Source: an uncultured Gammaproteobacteria bacterium (GTDB lineage: Bacteria > Patescibacteriota > Microgenomatia > UBA10105 > UBA927). Taken from it: a stretch of 64,000 bases of DNA. Shown in pieces: positions 1 to 9,860 of this stretch (position 1 is its first letter; each line of letters opens with the position of its first letter). A program made the position numbers and the translations under genes. The notes beneath the pieces were generated by a model. It ran no database searches. It was not told where the DNA came from and worked only from the letters and a program-made list of their open reading frames with translations. The DNA lies in contig CAYMYO010000002.1 of assembly GCA_964394685.1 (NCBI GenBank), positions 98,148-162,147 on the forward strand, written 5' to 3'.

Positions 1-1215
1 TTCTTCAAACGGTTCCTGGGTCATTCCATCAATTTCTTTGAGAATGACTTCCGGTTTTCCTACCTGCATTTCATATCCTTCACGTCGTAAATTCTCTAAA
101 AGGATTGCTAAATGGAGTTCCCCCCGACCTGCAACAACAAAACCGGTTCCCTGCGGATTAGGAGTGATGGTAATGCCAATATTGGTCTGTTTTTCTTTAA
201 GAAGTCTCGCGTGAATTTGTCGGGCGGTACAGAATTTTCCCTCTCTTCCTGCAAACGGACTGGTGTTAGCTGAAACAAGAATTTTGAGTGTCGGTTCTTC
301 CAGTGTAATAACCGGATATCCGGTCGGATCAGACGGATCTGTTATTGTCTGACCGATTGCAACATCGGTAATACCCGTTACTGCAATAATATCTCCGGTT
401 TGAGCTTCGTCTGTCTCGACGCGTTTAAGCCCAACGCTCGTAAATACCTGTTCTATCCGGTACTGTCCTATTTTTTTGTTTTCTTCTAATAGAAGTATTG
501 ATTGACGGGGTTTAATTGTTCCCTGCAATAATTTTCCGATAGCATACGTGCCTTTATAATCATCAAAATCCAAGGTTGATACCAACATTTTAGTAGGTTT
601 GTTGCTATCAGCTTTAGGAGCTGGTACTATTTTAAGAATTGCTTCAAAAAGAGGTGTTAAATCACCAGGAGCGTTCAAATCTTGCGGATATGGATCCCAC
701 ACTTTACCAGCCCGACCAACGGAATAGAGGACTGGATACGTTAGATCATCATCTTTGGTGGCAAGATGCAAAAATAATTCTTCGATTTCCCGAACAACCT
801 CTTCTACCCGTGCGTCTTTTCGATCTATTTTATTAATGACAACAATAATTTTTAGTTGCTGCTCCAGTGCCTTTGTAAGAACAAACTGTGTTTGCGGAAG
901 TGGGCCTTCGGCTGCATCAACCACAAGCACAGCTCCATCAGCCATATTTATGGTCCGTTCCACTTCTCCAGAGAAATCTGCGTGCCCCGGGGTGTCGATA
1001 ATGTTAATTTTTGTGCTTTTATACATGACAGAAGTGTTTTTAGCGAGTATTGTGATACCTTTTTCCCGCTCCAGAGGATTACTGTCCAAAATGGTGGTTT
1101 GGTTCATTTCAGCTTCATTTTCCCGAAACGTGTGAGTTTGTTTCAGCATGCCATCGACCAGGGTTGTTTTCCCGTGGTCAACGTGAGCGATGATTGCTAT
1201 ATTTCGGATGTCCAT
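1..1215 (-). CDS. typA: Translational GTPase TypA/BipA, N-terminal part (runs off the window edge)
   Basis: Manual translation from ATG at 1215: [21 protein letters not shown]...ERE.GITI...IIDTPGHADFSGEVER...NKID, later GRGELHL; not in the ORF track because it is truncated. Confidence 0.93.
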   Translation of the reverse strand, partial: MDIRNIAIIAHVDHGKTTLVDGMLKQTHTFRENEAEMNQTTILDSNPLEREKGITILAKNTSVMYKSTKINIIDTPGHADFSGEVERTINMADGAVLVVDAAEGPLPQTQFVLTKALEQQLKIIVVINKIDRKDARVEEVVREIEELFLHLATKDDDLTYPVLYSVGRAGKVWDPYPQDLNAPGDLTPLFEAILKIVPAPKADSNKPTKMLVSTLDFDDYKGTYAIGKLLQGTIKPRQSILLLEENKKIGQYRIEQVFTSVGLKRVETDEAQTGDIIAVTGITDVAIGQTITDPSDPTGYPVITLEEPTLKILVSANTSPFAGREGKFCTARQIHARLLKEKQTNIGITITPNPQGTGFVVAGRGELHLAILLENLRREGYEMQVGKPEVILKEIDGMTQEPFEE

Positions 1216-1234
1216 AATAAAAATAACCCCCTTC

Positions 1235-1250
1235 TCCGCCAGTTGGCGGA
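1235..1250. repeat. Short palindrome TCCGCCAGTTGGCGGA, copy 1 of a dispersed repeat
   Basis: Near-identical copies at 28174-28191 and 49997-50014; GC-rich in an AT-rich context; TTC on both sides. Confidence 0.8.
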
Positions 1251-1293
1251 TTCGGAGGACAAACCTGCTTATTATTATACCATGTCTTTTTCA

Positions 1294-1666
1294 TTTGTCA
1301 TGCTGAATTTATTTCAGCATCTCTTTGATATGATGTATTTATGCGTCACGTTACCTATCACTACTTTATCTACATCATGACAAACAAACGACGTGGAACA
1401 TTATATATCGGAGTAACGAATAATTTAGGAAGACGGGTGTTTGAACACAAACATGCTCTTTTTGAAGGATTTACAAAAGACTACCATCTTCATACATTAG
1501 TATATTACGAAGAATTTACGGATGTAGAACTCGCAATCAAACGCGAAAAACAACTCAAACGGTGGCATCGTCAATGGAAGATAAATCTGATTGAATCAAC
1601 TAATCCAGATTGGAAAGATTTGTCTATCCAATATTTTGGATCCTGAAACAAGTTCAGGATGACAAA
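1294..1666. mobile_element. GIY-YIG gene bracketed by inverted REP-like hairpins
   Basis: 1294-1322 TTTGTCATGCTGAATTTATTTCAGCATCT vs reverse complement of 1638-1666 TTTGTCATCCTGAACTTGTTTCAGGATCC (24/29); each end is itself a hairpin. Confidence 0.75.
1341..1646 (+). CDS. Small GIY-YIG nuclease (UPF0213-like)
   Basis: YFIYIM...TLYIGVTNNLGRRVFEH...AIKREKQLKRW...NPDWKDL. Confidence 0.92.
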   Translation: MRHVTYHYFIYIMTNKRRGTLYIGVTNNLGRRVFEHKHALFEGFTKDYHLHTLVYYEEFTDVELAIKREKQLKRWHRQWKINLIESTNPDWKDLSIQYFGS

Positions 1667-1712
1667 AAGGCTTCTGTTGCAGTAAACCCAATTTCTTTCT
1701 ATACTGGTTAGT

Positions 1713-3848
1713 ATGCAACGAAAACGCCATTATCGGAAACGCGGACCATTCCATTTAAAATTAAAAAAACAAACAGTCTATACCGTTGCCGCTGTTTGGC
1801 TCTGGTTGTTTGCGGCCGCCATCTTTTTGTCTCTTTTTGGTGAAGGAACGGCACTATCACGGCTTCGGGATGCAATCTATACAAAAATCGGGTCACTTCT
1901 GTACCCACTGCCGGTGTATCTTATATCCGTCAGCTTCTTGTTTTTTAAAGTGAAATCAACATTGGGTAAACCCAATATACCACTCGGATTTACATTGCTT
2001 CTTTTTGCTCTTTTGGGACTTACGCAATCAGGAGCATTTGGAGAATTGCTTATGGCAACATCTGCCAATGCCATATCTATAGAAGGAGCATTTTTATTAT
2101 TTATTGGCATATTTATTATCGGTCTCATTGTTGTACTTAATACGTCACTTGATAGTTTTATGAATATCATCCTTATGGGACTACAACGCATATTTGAATG
2201 GGTGGGGGGACTGTTCAAAGAGATGGTGGCACCAAAAAGTAAATTCATTGGTGGAACAAAAGAAATGAAGATTAAAGGTGGAGAATTTTTAGATACAAAA
2301 CCCATGATCAAAGCAAATCCCGTAGTCCCAGTTCGTCCCGCGCCAGTGATACCAAAATCTGAATTTAAAATTACTTCCAATATGGTTCCTCAAGAGCAAA
2401 TGATATGGGAATATCCGCCGCTTACCCTTTTGTCGGATGGCCCAGGAGAACGGGCAGACCGGGGAGATGTGAAGAAAAATGCCGATATCATTAAAAGTAC
2501 ACTGGATAGTTTTGGCATTATGGCTAATGTTGTTGAGGTAAATAAAGGACCGGCAATAACAGAGTATGCGCTTGAAATTGCTCTTGGGACAAAAGTATCC
2601 AAAATTCAGTCATTATCCAGTGATTTAGCACTTGCTCTTTCAGCGCCCACTGGTGCGGTTCGTATTCAAACGCCAATTCCGGGAAGAAATCTTGTTGGTA
2701 TTGAAATACCAAATCGCGGACTTGAGTTTGTCACACTCAAACGCATGTTGGAATCGCAAGTTTTGGCGAAGGCAAAAAGTAAACTATGTGTAGCACTGGG
2801 CCTTGATGTGTCTGGAAACCCCGTGATGGTTGATATCGGGAAAATGCCGCACATGCTCATTGCCGGTACCACAGGGAGCGGGAAATCCGTTCTTGTGAAT
2901 GCTTTTATCACGTCACTTTTATTTCGAACCACTCCTCAAGAAGTGAAACTTATCCTTATTGATCCAAAACGTGTTGAGCTTACCGGATATAACGGCATTC
3001 CGCATTTGCTGGCTCCTGTTATTGTTGATGCCGATAAAGCATTAAGCGCGCTTCACTACGCGGTCAAAGAAATGGAAATACGCTATAAGCAGCTTGCGGA
3101 AGTCGGGGTAAAAAATATTGATGGATTTAATGAACTTGCCGGCATTCAAACCATGCCGTATATCGTTATCTTTATCGATGAACTTGCTACCCTTATGGCG
3201 TTTGCTCCCGTTGATGCTGAGGATACGATTTGCCGGATTGCTCAGATGTCCAGAGCTGTTGGAATTCATTTGGTGTTAGCGACACAGCGGCCGAGTGTTG
3301 ACGTTATTACGGGACTTATCAAAGCAAATATTCCATCTCGTGTCGCTTTTAATGTGTCATCCATGATTGATTCACGAGTGGTCATTGATATGCCGGGAGC
3401 TGAAAAACTACTTGGTCGTGGAGACATGTTATTTGTTCCTCCTGATCAAAGTAAACCGACGCGTATTCAAGGAACATTTGTATCAGAACAGGAAGTCAAC
3501 AAGGTAGTAGAGTTTCTAAAGTCAAAAAATACTCCTGTTCAATATACTGATGAAGTAGTCAATACTCCTGTGTCGGTTCTTCATAGAGGTGGTTCTATGG
3601 CAACGATGAGTGCGGACGGGAAAGATCAACTGTTTGACGAAGCCCTCAGACTTATTTGTCAGCATGATAAAGCTTCAGCGTCACTTTTACAACGCAGGCT
3701 GTCCGTCGGATATGCCAGGGCCGCTCGCATTCTTGATCAACTTGAATCAGAAGGAATAATAGGTCCTGGGGAAGGATCAAAACCACGAGACGTGCTTATA
3801 AAAAATCCTGATGATTATTACGCACAAATTCAACAACCTCAAGAATAA
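1713..3848 (+). CDS. ftsK: DNA translocase FtsK/SpoIIIE
   Basis: N-terminal TM segments, PHMLIAGTTGSGKS, IDPKRVEL, LATQRPS, C-terminal gamma domain (SASLLQRRL..GYARAAR). Confidence 0.97.
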   Translation: MQRKRHYRKRGPFHLKLKKQTVYTVAAVWLWLFAAAIFLSLFGEGTALSRLRDAIYTKIGSLLYPLPVYLISVSFLFFKVKSTLGKPNIPLGFTLLLFALLGLTQSGAFGELLMATSANAISIEGAFLLFIGIFIIGLIVVLNTSLDSFMNIILMGLQRIFEWVGGLFKEMVAPKSKFIGGTKEMKIKGGEFLDTKPMIKANPVVPVRPAPVIPKSEFKITSNMVPQEQMIWEYPPLTLLSDGPGERADRGDVKKNADIIKSTLDSFGIMANVVEVNKGPAITEYALEIALGTKVSKIQSLSSDLALALSAPTGAVRIQTPIPGRNLVGIEIPNRGLEFVTLKRMLESQVLAKAKSKLCVALGLDVSGNPVMVDIGKMPHMLIAGTTGSGKSVLVNAFITSLLFRTTPQEVKLILIDPKRVELTGYNGIPHLLAPVIVDADKALSALHYAVKEMEIRYKQLAEVGVKNIDGFNELAGIQTMPYIVIFIDELATLMAFAPVDAEDTICRIAQMSRAVGIHLVLATQRPSVDVITGLIKANIPSRVAFNVSSMIDSRVVIDMPGAEKLLGRGDMLFVPPDQSKPTRIQGTFVSEQEVNKVVEFLKSKNTPVQYTDEVVNTPVSVLHRGGSMATMSADGKDQLFDEALRLICQHDKASASLLQRRLSVGYARAARILDQLESEGIIGPGEGSKPRDVLIKNPDDYYAQIQQPQE

Positions 3849-3854
3849 GCTCCT

Positions 3855-4490
3855 ATGAAAACAGTTGGCAGTATTCTCAAAGAAGCGCGACTAGCTAAAA
3901 ATCTTACCCTTATTGACGTAGAAAAAGTAACGAAAATCCGCGAGAAATTTTTAGACGCGATTGAACAGGATGCATATCAACTGCTTCCATCTCCAATTTA
4001 TGCAAAAGGATTTGTCAAAAATTATGGAGAGTATTTGGGGCTCGACAGCACCCGTGTGATGGCGTTTTTTCGAAGACAGACCGTTGATATAAAACGCTCA
4101 AGTTTACTTCCAAATAAATCAGAAGATATTGGGTCAAAAGGATTACGTATCACTCCCGGCAGGTTTATTGCTCTTATTGTCGGTGCGTTTATATTAGTAT
4201 TTTTAGTGTATTTTGGATTTCAATATCAAAAATTGTATATGCCGCCAACGCTTGCCATTACTACTCCCATACAAGAATCGATAGTAAAAGAAAAAAAATT
4301 AGATATTTTGGGGACAACCAATCCGGATGCAACAGTTATGGTCAATGGAGTAAGTGTGACTGTCCGTTCCGACGGACGGTTTTTTACACAGATAACGGTT
4401 GAACCCGGAGTCAACACGATAACCATTCTTGCAACATCTCGGTATGGAAAAACAACCATGATTACTCGAAAAGTGGGATTACAACAATAA
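3855..4490 (+). CDS. RodZ-like HTH membrane protein with C-terminal Ig-like domain
   Basis: VGSILKEAR...YAKGFVKNYGEYLGL HTH, one TM segment, beta-rich C-terminus; follows ftsK. Confidence 0.82.
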   Translation: MKTVGSILKEARLAKNLTLIDVEKVTKIREKFLDAIEQDAYQLLPSPIYAKGFVKNYGEYLGLDSTRVMAFFRRQTVDIKRSSLLPNKSEDIGSKGLRITPGRFIALIVGAFILVFLVYFGFQYQKLYMPPTLAITTPIQESIVKEKKLDILGTTNPDATVMVNGVSVTVRSDGRFFTQITVEPGVNTITILATSRYGKTTMITRKVGLQQ

Positions 4491-4543
4491 CTCATTGACA
4501 GATATCAGCTTTTGATTTATTGTACTTATACGTTTACCTGCCT

Positions 4544-4807
4544 ATGGATCCAGTACAGTTGACCATCATCATTATTAGCTTCATTTTAACGACCCTTGTT
4601 GTTATTTTATCCATTCAAGTTTGGCATATTTTAGGAGAATTTCGTTTAACAGCACAGAAAGTAAACAAAATGCTTGATGATGGCGGGAAAGTTACTGGGG
4701 TAATTAGCGATTCTGCTACGTCTGTAGCCGGATTTGTGAGCGGGATTAAAACGGGAATGAATGTGTTGTCTCTATTTAAGAAAAAGAAAGAGGAACCTCA
4801 TGAATGA
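4544..4807 (+). CDS. Small membrane protein
   Basis: Hydrophobic N-terminus; overlaps the start of the next gene; ATG at 4544 preferred over the track start. Confidence 0.7.
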   Translation: MDPVQLTIIIISFILTTLVVILSIQVWHILGEFRLTAQKVNKMLDDGGKVTGVISDSATSVAGFVSGIKTGMNVLSLFKKKKEEPHE

Positions 4808-5162
4808 AGAACGACATGATAATCGGTTTTGGTTTGGTTTTTTTATCGGCGGTCTCATTGGAGCAGGCATTATTGTTCTTTTGGGAACAAAAGAGGGGAA
4901 GAAAATTGAACAACTTCTTGAGAAAAAAGGAAAAGATGCACTTGATGATTTGGAAGAGAAAGTGAAAGACTTGAAAGAAAAAGGTGAAATTTTGAAAGAT
5001 GAAGTTGTGGAACAGGTTATTGAAAAAAAAGAAGAACTGACAGAATTAGCATCAGAGAAAGTTGATGAAACACTTTCACACATAGAATCTCTACAGCAAC
5101 AGGGTCTCCATAACACCCAAAAACTCCGCCGCGCCTTCAAGAATCTTCCGAAGAAGAAGTAA
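4800..5162 (+). CDS. YtxH-like protein
   Basis: FWFGFFIGGLIGAG...GKK followed by a charged coiled coil. Confidence 0.75.
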   Translation: MNEERHDNRFWFGFFIGGLIGAGIIVLLGTKEGKKIEQLLEKKGKDALDDLEEKVKDLKEKGEILKDEVVEQVIEKKEELTELASEKVDETLSHIESLQQQGLHNTQKLRRAFKNLPKKK

Positions 5163-5232
5163 CGGTATCTCTTCTTGCAAAAATATCATCCTCGGTATAT
5201 TGTATGTGTAACTAATTGTTGAGGAGGTATTC

Positions 5233-6177
5233 ATGAGGAGCGCTATATTTTTGCAGAAAAAAGTATTTACAGACAGCCAACTTGTTAAATTAACTGCTCT
5301 TGGTGATATATCATTTACATCTACAGACGGAGAAATGACCATCGAAGAATGTAAAGAGCACGCAAAAAATGCAGACATATTAGGATTAGATCCCGATAAC
5401 TTTGGAGGTTTTGAAAAAGCTCGAGCGCGAACAACAGAGATAATGGAAACATGTCCACAGTTAAAAGGGATTGCCCTTGCAACGACGTCCTTCGGATGGG
5501 TAGATTTGGAGTACTGTAAAAAGCGGGGAATTTCTGTATCAAATGTCCCCGGATATTCGAGAGAATCTGTTGCAGAGCACACCATTGCACTTCTTTTGTG
5601 TATGGCAAAACGAGTGTTAATAACAGATCGCAAAACTCAAAAAGGGCAGTATGTGAAAGAAATGGGTTTTGAACTTGCTGGGAAAACACTGGGAATTATC
5701 GGCATTGGAAATATCGGTTCAAGAACGGCAGAAATTGCACAGGGGATTGGGATGAAAGTAATAGCATATAATCATTCTTCAAAAACTGTCCCAGGAGTAG
5801 AGATGAAGTCACTTGACGAAGTGTTGAGTGAATCTGATGCTCTTGCATTTCATACGACGCATACAGATGTAAATAAGGGATTTATTGGGAAAGAGCAAAT
5901 AGCAAAAATGAAACAGGGAGTGATTATCGTAAATACTGCAGATGAAGCCTTTATTGATGAAACCGCAATGGCAGAAGCATTAAAAAGCGGAAAAGTAGAT
6001 ATGTATACCAGCGAAGGAACGTTATTTGAAAATACACCGCTTGCCGGAATGGAGAGGGCAATAGGGCTTAAAGGATTTGGGTACTATACCCGCGAAGCAA
6101 TACGGAATCTCTTTGAAATATTTGCAGACGATCTCGTCGCAATATCTCAAGGGAAACCAATCCATGTCGTTGGTTAA
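5233..6177 (+). CDS. D-isomer-specific 2-hydroxyacid dehydrogenase family protein
   Basis: NVPGYSRESVAEH, ELAGKTLGIIGIGNIG, MKQGVIIVNTA; GAGGAGG SD upstream. Confidence 0.88.
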   Translation: MRSAIFLQKKVFTDSQLVKLTALGDISFTSTDGEMTIEECKEHAKNADILGLDPDNFGGFEKARARTTEIMETCPQLKGIALATTSFGWVDLEYCKKRGISVSNVPGYSRESVAEHTIALLLCMAKRVLITDRKTQKGQYVKEMGFELAGKTLGIIGIGNIGSRTAEIAQGIGMKVIAYNHSSKTVPGVEMKSLDEVLSESDALAFHTTHTDVNKGFIGKEQIAKMKQGVIIVNTADEAFIDETAMAEALKSGKVDMYTSEGTLFENTPLAGMERAIGLKGFGYYTREAIRNLFEIFADDLVAISQGKPIHVVG

Positions 6178-6491
6178 TTGATTTCTTTTTTCATCCACGC
6201 GAGATATTTTTTGGAGACATGAGTGAGAGGGATAGCTAGAATTCCAGGAGTATCGTATGAGTGAATTTTTGATACGGTTTTTTCTATTTCTTCCCATTTT
6301 TCATCAAAGGTTTTTGCAAAAAGTACAATTTCATTGGCGTCTTCGATATGTTTATGCCAGAAATACAAAGAATGAACAGGATTTGTGAGGATATTTACAC
6401 AGGCGACCAATCGTTTTTTGAGAAGCATTCTGCTTATATCTTCCGCTTCTTGTTTATCTTTACAATCAATGAAAACGAGAATTGGGTTCAT
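6174..6491 (-). CDS. cutA: Divalent-cation tolerance protein CutA
   Basis: LVACVNI, SLYFW, HSYDTP, YLAWM. Confidence 0.9.
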   Translation of the reverse strand: MNPILVFIDCKDKQEAEDISRMLLKKRLVACVNILTNPVHSLYFWHKHIEDANEIVLFAKTFDEKWEEIEKTVSKIHSYDTPGILAIPLTHVSKKYLAWMKKEIN

Positions 6492-6826
6492 AATATGATT
6501 TTATGTTGTTTTGGGTTAAACTTAGGTGAGGTTACCATAAAAATAGATAGATTTCCATTCCATGCAAACTGTTCGTGATGTTGTATATAAAGTGTGTCGC
6601 CAGAAATGATGGAATGTTTTTCTTTCGGTAATTCTATTTCTCCTGATCCACTAACAACATAAGCAATTTCATCCGAGATTTTATTCATTGCAAATCCCTG
6701 TTCCGGATACCTTCCTTTGATTTCGGCAATAGCTCCATTCATGAGTTTTATATCCATAGGATATTCATGAATGTTTGTAGTTAGAGAAGAATAATTAGTT
6801 GTTTCTGATTTTTTGACAAGTTTCAT
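6488..6826 (-). CDS. Cupin-domain protein
   Basis: EIAYVVSGSG...SGDTLYI cupin motif. Confidence 0.75.
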   Translation of the reverse strand: MKLVKKSETTNYSSLTTNIHEYPMDIKLMNGAIAEIKGRYPEQGFAMNKISDEIAYVVSGSGEIELPKEKHSIISGDTLYIQHHEQFAWNGNLSIFMVTSPKFNPKQHKIIL

Positions 6827-6828
6827 AA

Positions 6829-7668
6829 TTATCGATAAAGAAAAAATATTCCTGCGATGCCAATAATAACACCGAGAATTTTTTGAAATAATTGTAAATT
6901 TTCTCCGAGTAGCAAAATTCCAAATATTACTGGAGTGACATAGGAGAGACTTTTATACATAGGTAGTGTTTGAGAGACGTTGGTTTGTTGAAGAACAATA
7001 AGAAATATTAGCCATGAGCCAACCGCGAGGAACGCATTCAACATAATAATTATCGGGTATTTGTGGAATATTGTTTTCATTTCCATCCATGTCGACCGTT
7101 TTCTTCCGAAAAGAAGAAAAATGAGAAACGAATTAATGAATGTATAAGTATACGGAGAAAAATCATCGAGAATAATTTTGTCTAAGTATCCCGCAATTCC
7201 GCTTGTTGTAGCCATAAGAAGCGCAAACCACATACCAGTGGTGACAGAAAATCGTTTCTTGTTATATGCAAGCAACATTCCGCTTCCCACAATAAGGAAT
7301 AATCCAAAATATCGAAGAGGTGTGTAGGATTCACGAAGAAAAAGGATTCCAAGAATAGCACTGATGACCACGCTTATTTTATGAATAATACTTACTACTG
7401 ATGCATCAGTGTTTTGGTATGCTTTGAAACTGAAAAATACACTTAACCCATATACTGTTATAGATATAAAAACAATAAGCCAATATGTTGGAGAAAGGGA
7501 AATATGCGGACGGATGAAAAGAAGAGGAAAAGCAATAACAGAAGCTGCAAGCATTTGAAGGGCAGTATAAGATGCGGCTGAGTATTTTACATCAGTGATT
7601 TTTTTATTAAGAAGATAGGTAAACCCTATTGCGATGCTAGCAAGTATCAGAAGAACTTGATGTGACAT
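6829..7668 (-). CDS. EamA/DMT family transporter
   Basis: About 10 TM segments in two repeats (GILFLRE / GILLLGE). Confidence 0.85.
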   Translation of the reverse strand: MSHQVLLILASIAIGFTYLLNKKITDVKYSAASYTALQMLAASVIAFPLLFIRPHISLSPTYWLIVFISITVYGLSVFFSFKAYQNTDASVVSIIHKISVVISAILGILFLRESYTPLRYFGLFLIVGSGMLLAYNKKRFSVTTGMWFALLMATTSGIAGYLDKIILDDFSPYTYTFINSFLIFLLFGRKRSTWMEMKTIFHKYPIIIMLNAFLAVGSWLIFLIVLQQTNVSQTLPMYKSLSYVTPVIFGILLLGENLQLFQKILGVIIGIAGIFFLYR

Positions 7669-7685
7669 AGTTCTATTATAAAGCT

Positions 7686-8867
7686 TTACCTATTATGTTT
7701 TTTCAAAAGAACAATTGTTGTTGGAACAGTTGTTATAAGAGTTAATACTCCAAGACTAAACATGACCCATCCGCTTCCAAATATTGAGAGAATTGGATTG
7801 AGTGCAAAGGTGAGAAGAAAATATATTAAACTTGTTGCCATACCGAGTGCAGATATTGCTGTTGCTCTATACTTTGATTCAAATTCCATATTGGTATATT
7901 GATCAAGAATTGTCCATCTAAAGATTGAAGCGATATAAATAAGAAAGATACTAACGGTGGTTGCAATTTTCGGGAGCATTGGAGCAAATAAGAAGCCAAG
8001 AAGTAAACAAATAGGAAAAAATAAATATGCAGTGGTTCTTGAAAAAAATTTATATTTTGCAATTGCTATTCCGACGATTGCGACAATGATACTATTTACT
8101 GCTGCAATCCATCCGCGTTCAATTGCATTAAATCCAACATCGGTTGTAAATACATTGAGGAGAAAATACAGGTAATACCACGTGATACCGCTTATCGAAA
8201 TGTAATAGAGAGAAAAATCACGAATATATGGGGTTTTAAAAAGTTCCCCAAATCCGAGTTTTGTTTGCTGTATATAATTTGTTATGGTAAATTTTTCAGA
8301 ATCAATATGCGGTTCGACCATAAACAAAGTAATAATTCCCGCGATGATCATCGCAATGCCAACGAGCGCATAGGGGAGGCGATAATAGTAAAGAAAAATA
8401 TATCCCCCAGCAAATGCTGCAATAGTAAGTCCAATCCGATAAATAAGTTGATTTTGATTAGCAAGTAAACTGAATTGCGATTCCTTTTTAAGTTCTTTGA
8501 GTGTGTCATAGAAGAGGGCGGTATCCGCTCCTGATACAAATGTACTTCCAATTTGGGCAAATACTGCCCCAATCCACAACCAAGAAACATTTTGTGATTG
8601 AGATATAAAAATATAACTTCCTCCCTCAATGAGAAGTCCAAGAAAAACGATATATTTTCTTCCAAGTAGGTCAGCGAGTGCTCCTGTTGGTAGTTCAAGA
8701 AAAACTGATACTAAATGTGTTACTGCGTAAATAATAGCAAGTGTTGTTGCCGGGGCAAACTTTCCTTCAAAGGCATACCAGATAGGAAGAAAAAAAAGAA
8801 GAGAAGTGAAAAATATTTTTATGCGAGCTAAACGAATATTTCTCTGAAGAAGTTGTTGATAATTCAT
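7686..8867 (-). CDS. MFS transporter
   Basis: LELPTGALADLLGRK motif A, SGADTALFYD, RATAIS; about 12 TM segments. Confidence 0.92.
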   Translation of the reverse strand: MNYQQLLQRNIRLARIKIFFTSLLFFLPIWYAFEGKFAPATTLAIIYAVTHLVSVFLELPTGALADLLGRKYIVFLGLLIEGGSYIFISQSQNVSWLWIGAVFAQIGSTFVSGADTALFYDTLKELKKESQFSLLANQNQLIYRIGLTIAAFAGGYIFLYYYRLPYALVGIAMIIAGIITLFMVEPHIDSEKFTITNYIQQTKLGFGELFKTPYIRDFSLYYISISGITWYYLYFLLNVFTTDVGFNAIERGWIAAVNSIIVAIVGIAIAKYKFFSRTTAYLFFPICLLLGFLFAPMLPKIATTVSIFLIYIASIFRWTILDQYTNMEFESKYRATAISALGMATSLIYFLLTFALNPILSIFGSGWVMFSLGVLTLITTVPTTIVLLKKHNR

Positions 8868-8870
8868 GAC

Positions 8871-9497
8871 CTATTTGTTTAATTCCTGCAAAATATCATC
8901 GCTTGTTACGACAAATCCATAATAATCATTAAAGAAGGCTAATGTGTGTTCATGAATAAATTGATTACCATCATATGTTTGTACTAAATCACTGAGGATA
9001 AATGAATTATATCCTTCGGACGCCGCTCGTTTGGCAGTTGCATCAACACATACTTCAGTTCGTACTCCGGAAATAAGAACATTTTGAATATTTCTTTTTT
9101 TGAGGAGTGTTTGTATATTGGTATATGCAAACGCATCATAATGAGGTTTATCAATGAGTATTGCTTCTTTTGGTATTGCACAATCATAAATTTCTTCTCC
9201 GCCAGACCCTTTCACACAAGGGAAGGTGAATCCTTCTTTTGTTACTGCGGTTATTAAATTTTTTGGAGTTATTCCATCTTTTGAAATAAATCTCGTGTAG
9301 ATTACTAATATCCCTTTATTGGCTAGTGTTTGAGCAAATCTCTCCACTTTTTTTGTAATTGAATACATTTTAGAAACTAATTTTCCTCTTTTTACGACAT
9401 ATCCATCAGGAGCGTAAAAATCTTTCTGCATGTCAATAACAATGAGCGCTGTATTTTGGGGAGTTATTGATGACCAATCAGAGAGATTGCCTTTCAT
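8871..9497 (-). CDS. Isochorismatase/cysteine hydrolase family protein
   Basis: TALIVIDMQKDF, K..YDAF, GVRTEVCVDATA. Confidence 0.9.
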   Translation of the reverse strand: MKGNLSDWSSITPQNTALIVIDMQKDFYAPDGYVVKRGKLVSKMYSITKKVERFAQTLANKGILVIYTRFISKDGITPKNLITAVTKEGFTFPCVKGSGGEEIYDCAIPKEAILIDKPHYDAFAYTNIQTLLKKRNIQNVLISGVRTEVCVDATAKRAASEGYNSFILSDLVQTYDGNQFIHEHTLAFFNDYYGFVVTSDDILQELNK

Positions 9498-9547
9498 ATG
9501 TTTATAAATCCAATACACATATTATACATGGTATAATCTGATCATGA

Positions 9548-9860
9548 CCAAGTAGTGAAACTTCAGAAGATTATGTTCTTTTATACGTATGTTCTTGAGA
9601 GCAAAATAAAGAAAAAGTTGTATATTGGATATACGGGTGATTTAGTTCGAAGAGTAAAAGAACATAATCTTGGACTGAATCAATCAACGAAACCTTATAA
9701 ACCGTGGAAACTTATTTATTATGAAGCGAGTCTCGATCAAGAAGATGCAAAACGCAGAGAAATGTATCTTAAAACAAGTCAAGGAGGGAGACTTCTCAAG
9801 CGCAGATTGAAAGAATATTTCTTTCAACACCTGCGTTTTGCCTGAAGTTCTACTACGTGG
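9548..9860. mobile_element. 313-bp TIR-bounded GIY-YIG element inserted at the alaS start codon
   Basis: TIRs CCAAGTAGTGAAACTTCAG (9548-9566) and CTGAAGTTCTACTACGTGG (9842-9860), 16/19; ATGA at 9544-9547 and 9861-9864. Confidence 0.75.
9573..9845 (+). CDS. Small GIY-YIG nuclease (SLX1/UPF0213-like)
   Basis: FYTYVLES...LYIGYTGDLVRRVKEHN.G...TKPYKPWKLIYYEA...AKRREMYLK. Confidence 0.92.
   Translation: MFFYTYVLESKIKKKLYIGYTGDLVRRVKEHNLGLNQSTKPYKPWKLIYYEASLDQEDAKRREMYLKTSQGGRLLKRRLKEYFFQHLRFA

Noticed and set aside
639-1380. Plus-strand ORFs 639-836, 755-1135 and 856-1380, and the many antisense ORFs over rpo and ribosomal genes
   Set aside because: Shadows of well-supported genes on the other strand or frame.
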